From: Mytilus trossulus
Taxonomy: Eukaryota
Length of the DNA stretch: 64,000 bases
Reading direction: 5' to 3'
Assembly (NCBI RefSeq): GCF_036588685.1
Contig: NC_086380.1
Span: 44,826,001-44,890,000 of the forward strand
The notes below the pieces were generated by a model, which saw nothing but the letters and a program-made list of their open reading frames with translations, had not been told where the DNA came from and searched no databases. The stretch's first letter is position 1, and each line of letters starts with the position of its first letter. A program made the position numbers and the translations under genes. Positions 10,601 to 25,600 of this stretch are shown here, one piece after another.

Positions 10601-13600
10601 AATTTTTATCAACACGAACAACCTAAAAACTAAAGGAAACTCAGGTGTTTCCAAACTGTCTGTAGATCGTACTACACTAGTGAAACCCATCATGTTGTTC
10701 ACGATACGTATACATTTGCCGAAAAGTCTCGTTCGGTGATTTACCAGTCGAGTTTAAGACTTGAAAGAGCAAAGGAAATGAAAAGGTTGGTCAACTTGAA
10801 TGATGAGTCTTCAGTCGGCAAAATAATTAACGCATACTTATACTCAAATAGTACTTTTTGACTAAGGATATATGTTCTTTTAATTTCCAATTGAGTCATA
10901 TTCAATTTAATCAGATAGAAGTATCAAGAAAACTAACCACTTTTACTTGAGAAATATGTTAACCTAGTACGTAAGTTACTCGTAAGAATTGTTTCTTTAT
11001 CATGTTTGCTAAATTTACATACATAACTTAAAAAAAATTCTAAGGATTTTCTACCCTTAAAATATATAACTTAAACCTTATTTGGCTAAACCTTTTGGAT
11101 TTTTTTGGTCCTCAATGATTTTCAACTTTGTACAAGACAAATGTACTGGCTCTTTTGAATAGTTAGATTTGAGCATCATGGATACAGACAAAACGTGCGT
11201 CTATCTAATAAAGTTTTTCTCCTGGTATCTTTGATGAGTTTATCATTGTTTATATGTTAATGAAAGAAATGCTGACAAAGTCTGTCAGTTTTTTAAGAGT
11301 TGACTCTTTTTGGAGGATTGTTAGTGTACTATTTTTTTGTCTGCGTATAAAATATTTGAACATAAGAATAATAATTGCATTGCGATATATTAGTATTGCT
11401 TTTTTTCATTTTCATTTCTGTAGAAAATAACTATTGACACATTAGAACGCAGCTATCTTCTAAGTTCTTCTGTAATGATATGTTTATACTGTAACTTAAA
11501 CTTAATAATATATACCCAAATGGACGTTTATGCGAAACGTTGAGCTACATGTGCAATTTAATCACCTAAGTTATAACACTCAACAGTTTTTTTTATGTCT
11601 GAAAGAGAGAGATTATGTTAAGATCGCTACTAATAATTATTTTTTTCTTTACAATATTCTCCCTAGAACAATTATATCAATGTCATAATCCATTTATTAG
11701 TATTAACAGATATTTTTTACCATTGTCAGGCAAGTAAATTTCATTAAAGAATAATGTCTACATGCAGAGAAGTGAACTAACTTGGATATATCAGAAAACA
11801 GGTTTCCTGTAAATCAATCAGTATCTTAATGTTAAATTTTGCATTTGTTGTACTAAAAGGCACAAATACCAATGCTTGTCAACGAAATATCTAAATATTT
11901 TTAAGACAGCGATACCAAAAGTTGTCTCTTCTTAGACAATGAAATATCTTAATGTTTCTAAGACACCAATACCATTGGAGGTCTCATCTTAAAATCGGAA
12001 ATATCTTAATATTTCTAAGACTGATTGTCTTATCTTAAGCAAAACAATATTATTATGATATTTTTATCACCAATACCCATGGTTTTATCCTCTTGTCCTA
12101 ACATTTCTAATTTTGACATAAAAGCCAATAGCTGTCTCTTGCTTTTGACACGGAAAGGTCTAATTTGTTCTTGGTTTTGTTCCTTGAAATGGAATTCACC
12201 ATGTATATTAAACAATATATTGCGTTGGCTGATGGTGAGATGTTCAGCCAAATAGTATCACCATTTTTTAATACTACCCAGTTGCAACGTTAAATTAGAA
12301 CGTGTTTTGTCTCAACTTTGCATCTTACAGCTTTTATAGGGGGAACAATTAGTTAGGTAAAATTCTCAGAACTGAGTCCGGTTTTCAAACAAGTCATTTT
12401 TAGTTTTAAGCGTTCTTGGTTTAGATGGATCCATAAAATTTATTACGCGTTTTTCTTATATACAACCAATAAATAAATTCAAACATAGTTTTTATTTTGC
12501 TAATATCTCAAAGTAAATATTCGGCTTCATCACGGGGTAATGTTTTCTATATCATGATGAACGATAAGTTACACGTTAATTAGAAAACAAAATGATACAA
12601 CAAACCTTGATATTATTGTCAACAAGAACATCTGATGCAAACCACAATGAACATACATGATCATATGCATCATCAAGATACACAACCAAACGGAAAGAAA
12701 TAATTATCGCTAACTCTTCTTTAAATTCTTAAAATCTGGTAAAGATTTTCAACGAATCAAATCAGTCATACAGTGTTTCAAAGTTAAGTGTTGAAGAGAT
12801 ATTTTTTTACTGGAAGAATTAACGTCGTAACTAGCTCGCAAAAAATATCCTCCTGGGGAAAATTGTCGTTAATTATGCATTACTGTCGTCTAAAGAAGAC
12901 TTTTTTTGTCAAAGTGTGAATCCGAACAACCGAATCTTAGTAAAAGTAACATTCCAGTTTAAAAGGGATGATTTCTATATCATCAGAATAAAATCAAATA
13001 ACCAATTAGGTATTTTTAGATGTTGATCTACTCGTAGTACACTTTTATAGTTATCTGAGACACATATATTTGAGTGTTAATTTGATCTTTTAAGGTTTTT
13101 TGCTTACGGTGACTTTTGCCAAAAAAAACCTTTTAGGTTTCTGACTCAAAAGACGTTGAACCCGCTATATTGAATTATGTCATGATGTCACAGTGGTTGT
13201 CTTTTTAATAGCAAGTAATGTGTTTGAGAATTTTAGGTTGATTCAGACATTCGCCGTTTGTTAGACTTGAAACGAAATAGAACTTGATTTGCGGTAAAGA
13301 TAACTGTCTATGAATGAAAACCTTATGTTGACCTCTGAATACCTCCTTGGTTTTATCATGTTGAATTGTTCCTTTGACGTTGCCTTTCATTCCGATTAAT
13401 TATCAACATTATTCCTTTTAAACTATATTGAGTGCAGAAGTCCCTTTTATGATTTCACGTTAAACCATAAATATTGTTGTCGTGGTGGATTTTTCTCTTG
13501 TACTGAGGGTTGAAAATAATTGAAAGTATCTCAGGGCTTTAGGTATATGCTGATATAGATTTGATTTTGTAATCGGATTTTGGTTTTTGAAACAAGTATG

Positions 13601-16600
13601 TTTTAGTTACACCGCGATGTTGTGTAAATTATGTACATGTTACTTAATGTTGATGACAGAATTTTGACATTTCTTTATCTGACATTAAAAAAAGTTAATC
13701 ATAGATTCCAGGATTATATCTTTGTACGCCGGACCCTAATTTCGTCTACAAAAGATTTAAAGGAACTAGAAAGACAGAAGATTCAAAAGACAAGTAAATT
13801 TAAACTCATAAGTCAATGTCAACCCGACAACGCCATGGCATCAAGAAGAAAAATGACAAAATGAGAAACAGTTTAAAATCGCAAAAACAAACTCAACTGG
13901 TTCTCATTGTTACATAACAACTTTGGTAAATTTTTAACTGCTGAACGACTGAGAAAGCACGTAATTTGAGACAGAATCACAGCTATTAATTTTGTTCCTT
14001 TAATGTGTATTTCATTAAGCTGGAATTTTAACAACAATTATATCAATTGAAAGCTTAAAATGTATTGGTATTTGAATTAAATACAGCTTTAGCTTCATTA
14101 AATGATTTTTTCATTTTTTCAATAACTTTTTAAAGTTGTCTGTGTTCCGTCCTTTTCCAAGAACAGGTCAAAATCGAAACGCACAAAACGAGTTTCAAAT
14201 CAATCTTCTAACTTTAATCTACAAGCCGCTTCCTTTTTACAAACACAGACATGCTAATTTTAGAACCAGTTATAGTTTTTATTTAGTAGACAAGTTTTTA
14301 ATTGTATAACAAGGTAAAAAAATCCAATATTTATTGAAACTATTCAAATGTGCAATAGAATGCAAGGAGAAAGTGATAGTGTTGACTAAACCATACTTTC
14401 ATAATATGTATGCATTGGTCGATTAACATATCTTATAATTATTACAATGCTGTACGAACACTACAATGTAACGATTATAACACCTTATAATATAAATGTT
14501 GAATTAATGTATCGCAAACATCCGATTGATTTGAAGACTAAGCTGTGATTTATAACATCGGAAATAATCAGCAACTGTATGAGTTGATAATTAACTAGAA
14601 ATATTGAAAGTACAGGAAGTTCATGTATTTGATACGTCTTTACCGATGTGAAAGGTTTACATGCCTTGTATTAAAATCAAATTTAGTTGAGACTGCCAAA
14701 AAAGGGTGCCTAATTTTTTTTATCCATTCATCATTTACCTATTTAAAAAAATCCCATTTTTTTCTCCAAAACGTTTAACTAATGGTAGTTTTTAATTTTA
14801 ATTTTTTTTTTAATATTTAAGTACCCCATCATCTTTAATGATATTTGGATGCCCTAGTTGCATTTATTTTAACAATATATTTTTCTATTGTATGCATCCC
14901 ACCAAAAAAAATAATTAACAATTGAAATATATATGGCAATCCAGTGGAACGTCTGTCGTTATTGGGGTTTTAGTTATTGTTAAATAAACTCGAGAAAATG
15001 TACTACTATTTTGAACCAATAATTTTAATATATAGGAGAAAGAGAAAGTGAGACAAATATTGTTTGTTTCATTTTTGTTTTTTTTCAATAAAAGAAGATG
15101 AAAACAACACATTTTATCTTTTATGCATTCGAACAGAGCGTTCTTGATAAAATCTTTATCAGGAACGCTCAAAGACGAATATGTGTTATGCATGGATGTT
15201 TCAGCAATCTTTTAATACAATCATGGTTGTATATTTATATAAGACATTCAATTATAGATTTCTCAAAGGTTTTATTCTTACTATAGAAAATATTTGACAT
15301 TGCACAATTTTTGGTTTTCGAGATCTGTGTTACTTTGTTTTATTACTCATTTGTTTATTTAAACAAAAGTAGTTTCTAATTTCATACACCCTTTTCATCA
15401 TTTATATATAGATATATACCACGAGCCGTGGCATTGTCAGTTTAATCAAAGTTATTTATCTTGATTCCTACACAATCGGAAGACCTTAACCATTGAATTA
15501 TTAAAATATCAGTACACATCTATTTAAAGCATTCAAAAATTTATAATTCTGGTTCAGTTCGTAATATCTTTAACCTTTTGATTTCTTAATAGTAAGTTCT
15601 TGAAGACTAGAAGTCAATCAACAACGTACTTGAGATGACATATTTTTTTACGACAGGAATAAGCACCATCCTATCTCGTTAAAAATCACGTGACTGATAA
15701 AAAGTGGTTCTTGTCAGTTTAAAAACGCAGCACCAGAGTTAGTCGCAACAGGCCACAACAATCTCAGATTATGATAACGTGCTACAGAGACATTTTCCTT
15801 ATAAATCTGTACTACAGTTTATTAATAAATAATGATAAATTGATGATGTGGCTGTCAATATAATAGTTATATTCGTACAATTACTTATATAAATAGACTG
15901 ACAAACTTTGAGTTCATGTTATTTATCATTACAACAACAGAAATATGAAAACTATGAAACAGAAAAATTACAAAACAACAGTTTGACTTTTACTTAAATG
16001 CAAGGTTTAATGGGAGGGGGGGGGGGATCGTCTTGTCACGTTATATAATTTATTTTTTTAAAGTTAAACCGAGTAATGAGATATGTGTTATTTGCAACAC
16101 AACAATATCACTTTAAAATGTTACCGTAACTTATCCAATCAGTCCAATTTCTGAAACTTCATGAGTCTTTGTTCAAACAATTTGAACCCGCCATATTTTG
16201 TTGTGTCATGACCTCACAGTGGTTGTCTTTTTAATAACCACTAATTTGTTTGAGAATTTGATGTTGATTCAGAAATTCACCGTTGTTAGACTTGGAGCCA
16301 AATAGAACTTGGGATGCGGTAAAGATAACTGTCCATTAAAAAAAACGTATGTTGAACTCATAATGCCTTTTTGATTTATCATTTTATTCTTTGATGTTGC
16401 TCTAATCCACTTTTATTCCGAATAATTATATATCATCATTATTCCTTTCAAACTATGATTTATTTGTTACTGTAAGGGATCATACATTTGCTTAAATATT
16501 GAGTGCATAAGTCCTTTTTGTGATTCCACGTTGAACCATAAATATGTTTGTCGAAGTGTGTGTTTTCTTTTTGAGAAAAATACAAAACAACAGTTTGTCT

Positions 16601-19600
16601 TTCACTTAAATGAGAGGTGGAATGAAGGGAGCGTTTTGTCACGTGATATTCATATTATTTTGTAAATAAACAGAATTGTGTGTTTTGCTACGTGACAATA
16701 TCACTTTCAAATAGTCCCGTATCTAAATCATATTATAATAAGTACAATTTCAAAACTTTTCGAATCTTTGTTCAAACACTTATTATTCTACCTTAAAATG
16801 TTAATATACATATGAAAAAATTAACTAGGATGACAAAGGATAGAGGCATAACGATGGCAAGGCTCCATGTTGATGACCTTACTTTGACCGATGATGGTTT
16901 ACTTTTATAATCTGTGACTTGGATGGTTAGTTGTCTCATTGGCACTCAGACCTCATCTTCTTATATCTATTTAACTATAATTTGAGATAAGACGTGGCAC
17001 GGTACTTGTCTATCCCAAATTCATGTATTTGGTTTTCATGTTATATTTGTTATTCTCGTGGTGTTTTGTCTGATGCTTGGTCCGTTTCTGTGTGTGTTAC
17101 GTTTCGGTGTTATGTCGATGTTCTCCTCTTATATTTAATACGTTTCCCTCGGTTTTAGTTTGATACCCCGATTTTGTTTTATGTCCATGGATTTATGAGT
17201 TTTGAACAGCGGTATACTACTGTTGCCTTTATTTGGGAGATTATATACAAAGTAAAAAAGACATAAAGAACTATTAAAGAATACTTGTTAGATAACAAAT
17301 ACTTATCTCTTTAATTCAATCCGCGATATTTTTATTCAAGTTTATACTTCTGTTGTATAAGGTTTAGTTATGCAAATTAAAATCTGATTGTGCAAGCTTT
17401 TTGAACATATGTTCACGTTTTACCCTTCTATTTTACACTAACAAACACATTTCATGATCCTTATATTGATGGAGAGGTAACAAATTCATATACAAAGTTC
17501 CCTTGATAGTTTGTTATTGAATATTGGGTTGTTGAAGAGAGGTTATAGATTAGAGACTATGATTAAGGGTTCTATTCTAAAAACTTTTTGAAATGAAGAA
17601 GTGGCAAGCTTTTTTTACAATGGTATTTTTGATTAGCAGTTATTAAGTGAAATGTATGCATTCTTTTTTGTTTGTGTTGAATATTAGACAATATATTGTG
17701 GAGTTTGCACGTACATTTTTAATCATACATTATAATCCGAATGGTTACGAAATTTGATAAAGTATTGACAATTTACCCTAATCACAAGCTGAGGATGGTA
17801 ACACCAAATATCAAGTTCCCGGCGAATCGAAATTATACATTGTTTCTTGTAGATTTTTGAGTAATGTGTTCCAAGAGAATGCACTGAAATATTTTTGTTA
17901 GTGTAAACTAAGCAATATTTTGTTAAAAAAACCAACGAGAATAGATTAACAATTACAAAAGGTTGATAATTTCAAAGGGTTATCAATAACAAAAGATTAT
18001 TATTTACACAACGTTATCAATTACAAATTAAAGTGAAAAGTTCTTTGAATATTGCTTTTATTTGTACAAACATAGCTTTGGGTTTTCTTATTGATGAATT
18101 TAATCTAAATATGTTTTCAAATTTTGCTATCGTACAATTTATCAAATATATGTTGTGTAAGCTACGTTATAAAGGGTATGTGACTGTCTCAAGTCTAGAG
18201 AGCCTTTATTTTAGTGGTTGTTGTTGTTCGCTATCTTTATATATCATCAGTCAAAGTTTTTCAGTACAAAAATAAGACGTGAAATGATTGCCACTAAGAT
18301 AACTATCCATCACGGACCGAACGAAGTCTACTTATATACCTTGAAAAAATATCAGAAACAATACCGGATATTAAGCTTTCATTGCCCAGAAAATAATCGA
18401 AATTAAATCGAAAAAATACCAAAAACGCAACTGTCTGAATAAAGAAAAACAATAAACGAAAACAAAATTAATATGATAAACTGCGAGACACGATCTAATG
18501 CTATTGACACTAAGGGGTATTTACATTCCGAATTATTTAGGTTGGCTGATACATGCACAGAGAAGACCAATAAACCATATATTTGATAGAAGTCAAACAC
18601 TTTATCTCTTTTTTATTTCTCATTTGAAAACAATATTCAGAATATTGAATAGCAGTTTGACCATACAAAAATTGATTCAATTTATCCGTTAGTATTACCC
18701 AACTATTTTAGAGCTCATTTATGGACAATTAAAGGCAACGTAAGGGCTTGAATAGACTTTTAAAATTCTCTTAGCCATTCGTCATTTTTTTGAAACCTAA
18801 AATGTGAGCCATTCTCACGTTGTTCATTTCAATAGGAGGCGTTTGTGATTACTTCGAGGTTAAATTCAATTTTCTCAGACGTATAGAGTTTGTCATCGTG
18901 TTCGTAATAAAAAAAATAAATAAATACTCTTGTGGATTGACTTTCTACTATTACGCAATTTCTATCAGTCAACAAATCATGCTTCATTTATTTGAATAGA
19001 ATACATGATACAAGATACATAAACCGATGTGACCTTTACTGGGTATCTATATATCAGTGTGTTTAGATTGTTTATCTTATTCAATGCGTAGGAACTTCTG
19101 ATCTTTTAGAACGCTTCCTAAATCAACCTAAATTAAATCAAACGCGTTAGTATACCGGTATTTTACAATTGTCATGAGACTAAGAAACTATTATTGTTTG
19201 AGATTCGGAACAACTTAATTATATTTTAACATTATAGAGACATTCCATGCAAAACAATATAGAAATAATTAAAAACCAATTGTTCAGAGAACAATTGAAG
19301 GTCTTTCCACTGAAAACAATGTATTTTAATATGAAAGTTGTAAAATTAAGTTTAAAATGTCATTTCAATTGTCAACTGATAGATTATTGTACGCTGATTC
19401 CAGAAATATATGGTTTCTATACATTTTTTTTTAAATAAGGGAGATAATTTGTTACTTCCGGTTTGAAAAATGTTACTTCCGATAATATTTGAATATTTAA
19501 TTGACAGTGATTCCAAAAAGATTGGTTCTATATACTTTTTTATTTATAAAGTACAAAAAATAGCTACTTCCGGTTTACACAAGGTCACTTCCGGTTATTT

Positions 19601-22600
19601 TTTTCAAGGTTAAATGGTTTGATACCTTTCGCCAAAAGTCTCATGGCTATATCATGTATACATATGAGCTGAAAGCAAAGGTCAAAAACTAGAACGTCAA
19701 ATTAATCTATGACCTTGAGATCAATTTCAAGGTCATAAACCAAGGACCTAAAATCAAAAGACCATAGGTCTTAATTATATTTGGTTAATCAGTTATATCA
19801 CCATACGCGTATTTTTAAATACAAGAGGGGAGAAAACTCACTTTTAAGTTCAACGTACCCTTGCAATCAAAATTTACGTGTTACGACATGTCGCAACTTA
19901 CAATTTAGAAAAAATAATTTGTCGATATCTTATATGGTTTCTGGAAATTAGTGGAAATAAGTCAAATTCAAAAATTAGAATATGACCTTGACCTTTGACC
20001 TTGACCTATTTTTAATTTTTTTGGACCAAGGACCTCAAATCAAAAGATCCTAGGTCTCTATCACTTATGATTTATAAGATATAAATTCATATCACTTATA
20101 TCAGATGCATAAGGGGAAATAACTCTCATATGGAGCGGTCATATCGCTTCGGTCAAAATAGGACAAATCATGCGAAGGATATAACGAGCAATTTTGTAAA
20201 ATAAATTTGTCTTAATCTTTTACGGTTGCGAAGGAGATGCGCTAACAAGGAAAACAGTGTTTGGGGAGATAACTCCTACAAAGAAAAGTATTCGTTTACG
20301 CAGGGTAAATTTCAAAAGCGCATAAACTGTTCGATATTATATACCAAATATCTAAGCGACATATTGCGAAACAAATGTTTATCGCAAGAGCAAAATTAGG
20401 CGGAAGAAAAAAAAAAAAAAAAAAATAATCAGAAGAAAAACAATAGGTCTTTCCACAGAAAAGTGGAAAGACCTAATTAAAAAGAAAGAGGCAGAAGATA
20501 TCAACAGAACAATGAAAACATTGATTTGCCAATAAGTTTTATACTAACGGCAAGCAAGACATTCGTATATTTACTTTGGTTCCAGTTAATAAATAAACAT
20601 TAATTTTTGTTAATGAAGATGAATAACCTGATAGCAATCCGTGCGAACACTATAACATAGGTCATAAATGTAGTATGATGTTTCAGTACTGTGTGCTCAT
20701 AAATACATATTTATCCCTAAGAGCTGTTGATATGCTTACTACATATACTCTCTTGAATATGCAAATTATATGTCAGCAAATGATATAATAGGATGGTACA
20801 TACTAACCGGTCTATGTGGGTTGTTGACAATAAAACATGTAAAAAGGAAAGTCTCAAATGATGGGATCTTTCAATTAAAATGGGTATCATTTTAAGACAA
20901 ACGTTGGAAATAACCAAACATAAGTTAACCTTGTTTATTGTTGTAACAACCTTCTTATCTTTATTACAGTTAGTGTCCATTGATGGTGTGAAATTGATCG
21001 CCATTTAAACACAAGAGCATTCAGAGCATTGCATCACTCATCAGATCTTTTACAGTGTCATTCAATCAAATTTTCTAAACTTCGGTAACTCCACAGACTT
21101 GTCAATTCCTGTTTAATAAGAAGCACCCGTTGTGATACTTACGGTATGCAAATAAACTCATCGTTGAAATCAGGCTTTATCTTTGAAGGGCAGATGCGCC
21201 ATAATTTTATAACAGACTCACAAGCTACGGTTGAATAAAAAAGCAAAAAAAGACCGAACAAACTAAAAAGTTGGAGAGCATTTGGAATCCACATTCCCAA
21301 AAGGTTTTGTCAAATACAGCTAAGGTAGTATATTCCTTGGGACAAACAATCGAAAAGTAAAAATGCTACAAATCGGTGTTCTGTGTGTCATCTTCACTTT
21401 AGTTTTCTGTATGGTGTGTTGTCTACTTTTAAAAATGTTCTGTAAGAAAGTTGTTGTCTTTTTTGCGAAATATGATTTTTTATTGCTCCCTTGGTATCTC
21501 TTTACTACTCACGTTTTGCAAATATCAATGAAATAATTATACTACACATTTCTATTTAATTAAAGACAGGAAAAATAAAAGATGAGATATCTTCCGAACC
21601 TACTCAATCTTTTGCCTCGTCAATACATTAAAGATAATAATAAGAACACAAAAATGAGACAAAATACCTCTATTTGATTCCTTTAGCTACAGCTGTTTAA
21701 ATCATATTCACATTAAAAAAAAATGATCTGTCGTAAGAAAATTTGAAAAAAGTTGGAGATGCGATAAAGTGTTTTTAATTAGAAACAGGACCTGCCTACC
21801 TTTCTGAGACATGATTCTCAATCTGATTTGTGTTTATGTTGTGTTTTCAGAATTTGTAGGACATTTCGTTGTCTTTTGAAATTTGGCATTTTATTTTGAC
21901 TTATGAGCCTGAATGTCTCTTTTATATCTTCGACATCTGTTAACGTAAGTTACACAAAAACCGATTTGAAATGCTGGCCCCTAGAATATTCTCTGTTAAA
22001 ACTCGTATGTTAAGTTTATGAAATAAAATAAAATTAGGTGATACTCCATTTTTTATATCGAGTGTCGAAAACCTTGCTGTAAAAGTTAAATAACAAATAT
22101 ACTTTATTCAGAGGGAAATTAAACCCGAAAAATCTTTAATTGATTCAATGTTATCGTTAACTCATTCAATTAACTTCCAATTACAATTTATTTAAAGATA
22201 GGACTTTCTCTTACATTAAATATATTAAAAAAAAAAATTATAAAAAAAATAGTACAAGCCATTGTAGGTACAGTTTCAGTCCGGTGTTGACCTGAATATC
22301 AATAATGTGGTCATTTTTCTAAATTTAAAAAAAAATTAGAATTTTTCGAAAACACTTAGAATTTTCTCATCCCAGGCATAGAATACCTTAGCCGTAGTTG
22401 GCACAACTTTTTGGAATTTTGTATCCTCAATGCTCTTCAACTTTTTACTTGGTTGGCTATAAATATTTTGATATGAGCGTCACTAATAAGTCTTATGTAG
22501 ACGAAGCGTGCTTCTGGCGTACTAAATTATAATTCTGGTACCTTTGATAACATTTACACCACTGGGTCGATGCCACTGCAGGTGGACGTTTCGTCCCCGA

Positions 22601-25600
22601 GAGAATCACCAGCCCAGTAGTCAACACTCCGGTGTTGACATGAATATCAATAATGTGGTCGTTTTAAAAAATTTCTGTTTAAAAAACTTTGAATTTTTCG
22701 AAACACTATTGATTTTCTTATCACTGGCATAGATTACCTTTAAGTTAGCCGTATATGGCACAACTTGGTTGGCTTTATAAATAATTTGATATGAGCGTCA
22801 CTGATGAGTCTTATGAAGACGAAACGCGCGTCTGGCGTACTAAATTATATCACGAGTAGGTTGACCGTTTCACAAATGATATAGGATATGTTCCTTACGT
22901 CGTAACTACAATCCCCTTCACTGTCATGAATGTGACCTACCGAATTAGACTATTTACCGGATTTGATATCACATAAGCAACACGACGGGTGCCACATGTG
23001 GAGCAGGATCTGCTTACCCTTCCGGAGCACCTGAGATCACCCCTAGTTTTTGGTGGGGTTCGTGTTGTTTATTCTTTGGTTTTCTATGTTGTGTCATGTG
23101 TACTATTGTTTGTCTGTTTGTCTTTTTCATTTTTAGCTATGGCGTTGTCAGTTTGTTTTAGATTTATGAGTTTGACTGTCCCTTTGGTATCTATCGTCCC
23201 TCTTTTATAATCCTGGTACCTTTGATAACTTTCAGACGTCACACATATATCAAATTTGGTTATTCGTTATTTTAATTATCTGAAATTAGTAACGTCCTCA
23301 TGTCTGTATTGACTTTAAAAAAAAATGTCACTTAGTGTTAACTTCAGACCCAAATAATGACCCTTATCACATCATCCTTTGCTTATTTGCTAACCAAACA
23401 TTATTTCCTGATTGCTACAAAGACCTTTAAATACAAAGGATTTGCCTTTTTTTAAATTCTGTTGGTTGGTTGACTAATTTGCACATAACTTTGTTCAATA
23501 TTCTGGAGTATCAAAGTTGAAATTACATGCAGAAAACATACACGATGCTTCAAGATTGTTCATAACCAATTTGTAGTCAATTTAAAAAGAAATACAGTAT
23601 TTGGTTTCGAGTCCCCTTGTTATCTGGAAATCTGTACTCGAATATGCTATCAGGGTGTTTTGATGAGCGTGCGCATATCTAGAAGTTAAAACATTAGAAA
23701 AAAATGTGCTATCAGAACTAAACATTTATAACATGCTTCTGAAAGTTAAGTAAGAAACATTGCTTCCACAACGTGTTAATAATGTAACACAGATATAATT
23801 TTTTGTCTAACAACATGACGGAAACCGGATTGATCGTTAAATATCAACCAAGGACAGCAAAAGTTATAATTACGAATAACGAAGGTATTTCATCCAGTAT
23901 TTTTCCCATTTATAAGGCGTCTAATATTTATTATGATATTGATTAAAGCACCACAAAGTAATAAATAGAACAAGCGTACACACATTTAGAGAAACCCTAT
24001 ATCTCCTCTAAGACAAGTCGGTAACCTCATCTTAAGCTTCGTTTGTCTTTTTTTGTACCTTTATCGCACTTTGTGAATTTAGGCTTACACTGACTAGTAC
24101 CTTTTATCTTTGTTTTATAAATACTAGAGGAATTAAAATTTCTGTCGCAAGATTTAAAAAGATATTCAAATAAATTTCCATTACAAGTACGTCATTTTCC
24201 TTACGGTCAAACTGTTCAAGTGACATTTTACTGTGCATACATGTCCATATCAAATGGTAGAAATTCTAGACTCAGTGAGCATTTTTTATCTTGTTTCATG
24301 TCAATTGCAAATGAAGCTTCGATTTGAGACAATGTATTTTAAATTCCTTTATATTTTATGAATGAAATGCATTGAGAAGCAACATACGTTTTTGGACACT
24401 TAGTGGGGAAATATAATACATGCCGTGAGTAAAAATAACGCAGTTGCATTTTTATCCTTCGATTTCTCTTAGTTTAATTTGTCTCGTAATGTATCTATTA
24501 ACATTAACATCACAGTCTTTCCGTGACTTTGAACTTTTTAAATTGTAATTGATTGGATAAGTCAAATTTTGATTATTTTGCTTTTATTTAATTTGTAGGT
24601 ATTAAACAAATTGGTAATGTTATCCATCATTGTAAATCATGGATCGCTGGTGAGATTGTATAAGCATGCACACATTATAGTAATCATAATGGTAAGGTAA
24701 AAGTAGGTACATGATGCGGAATCTTCTGTCAGGGTGAATATGCTGGAATCTTTTGTGTATTCCCTGTTATATCAAGAATTTACTCTTTTTTTTTTAATGA
24801 AAACATGTTTGATCAATAATCTTTACTTTTAATATCATAGAAGGTATATCTGTGTAGAGTATAATAATCCTTTAATTGCGACTTTAATTACAATTTGATT
24901 TGATTGTCTTATATTTTTTTTTTTAGAATATACTCTCAACAAGAAGATAATTTCATGAATAATTTGTTATTTCCAAGAACGTGATATATTGTTTGATAAT
25001 CACTTAATTTCATTTGAGGTGACTTAACGGTCCATTGGGCCGGGTGTATTAGTATTTATCATATATTGTATATTTATAATCTATACATATTTACACATGT
25101 CACTATAAATAATAAATAATTTACTTACTTACTTACTCTCTATATCTGCACGACAAAATGATTAAACAGGGTGAAGTAACATGTATATTTCCCGTGAAGG
25201 TAATAACCACTAAGGTCAGGGGAGGGCTGTATGTGATGACTAAATTATGGATTCCTTATTGCCTGGTTAAAAGTCCTCGGTCAAACGATCTTTTTTTATC
25301 AGCGTTAATTTTCCTCCTTGCTATTACTAGATTTATTTTACTTGACTGGGCGGGGTTTAAAAAGTTCGCTTATTTCAAACCAGTCAATCTATACGCAGGA
25401 GTTTTGGGATTAACAATGAAGGGTCCAGTTATTCGTCCCATATCATGCACTCAGTTTATGCGTTTGGTGACACTGATAGGTGATTGAAATTCAATAAGAA
25501 TTATAACGGCAATCATCCTTATCACACACATCTTCAAATAAACTGTCCCTATGCAATTCAAGACATAAGCTTAGCCCGATCAGTTGAATTAATTTTGGTA

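Larger units (their letters stand above)
22280..23230 (+). mobile_element. Retrozyme dimer with a nested Penelope-like 3' fragment
   Basis: Same unit as 1-531; degenerate hammerhead at 22477-22520 and intact one at 22795-22838. Confidence 0.85.

Noticed and set aside
22989-23210. Hydrophobic 73-aa ORF repeated at 61870-62094
   Set aside because: Both lie in the 3' region of the same Penelope-like family, so identity reflects transposon copy rather than a gene family.
25158-25487. 109-aa ORF in a slightly GC-richer intronic patch
   Set aside because: No recognisable domain or exon partners; the GC-box-like motif alone is too weak to call.
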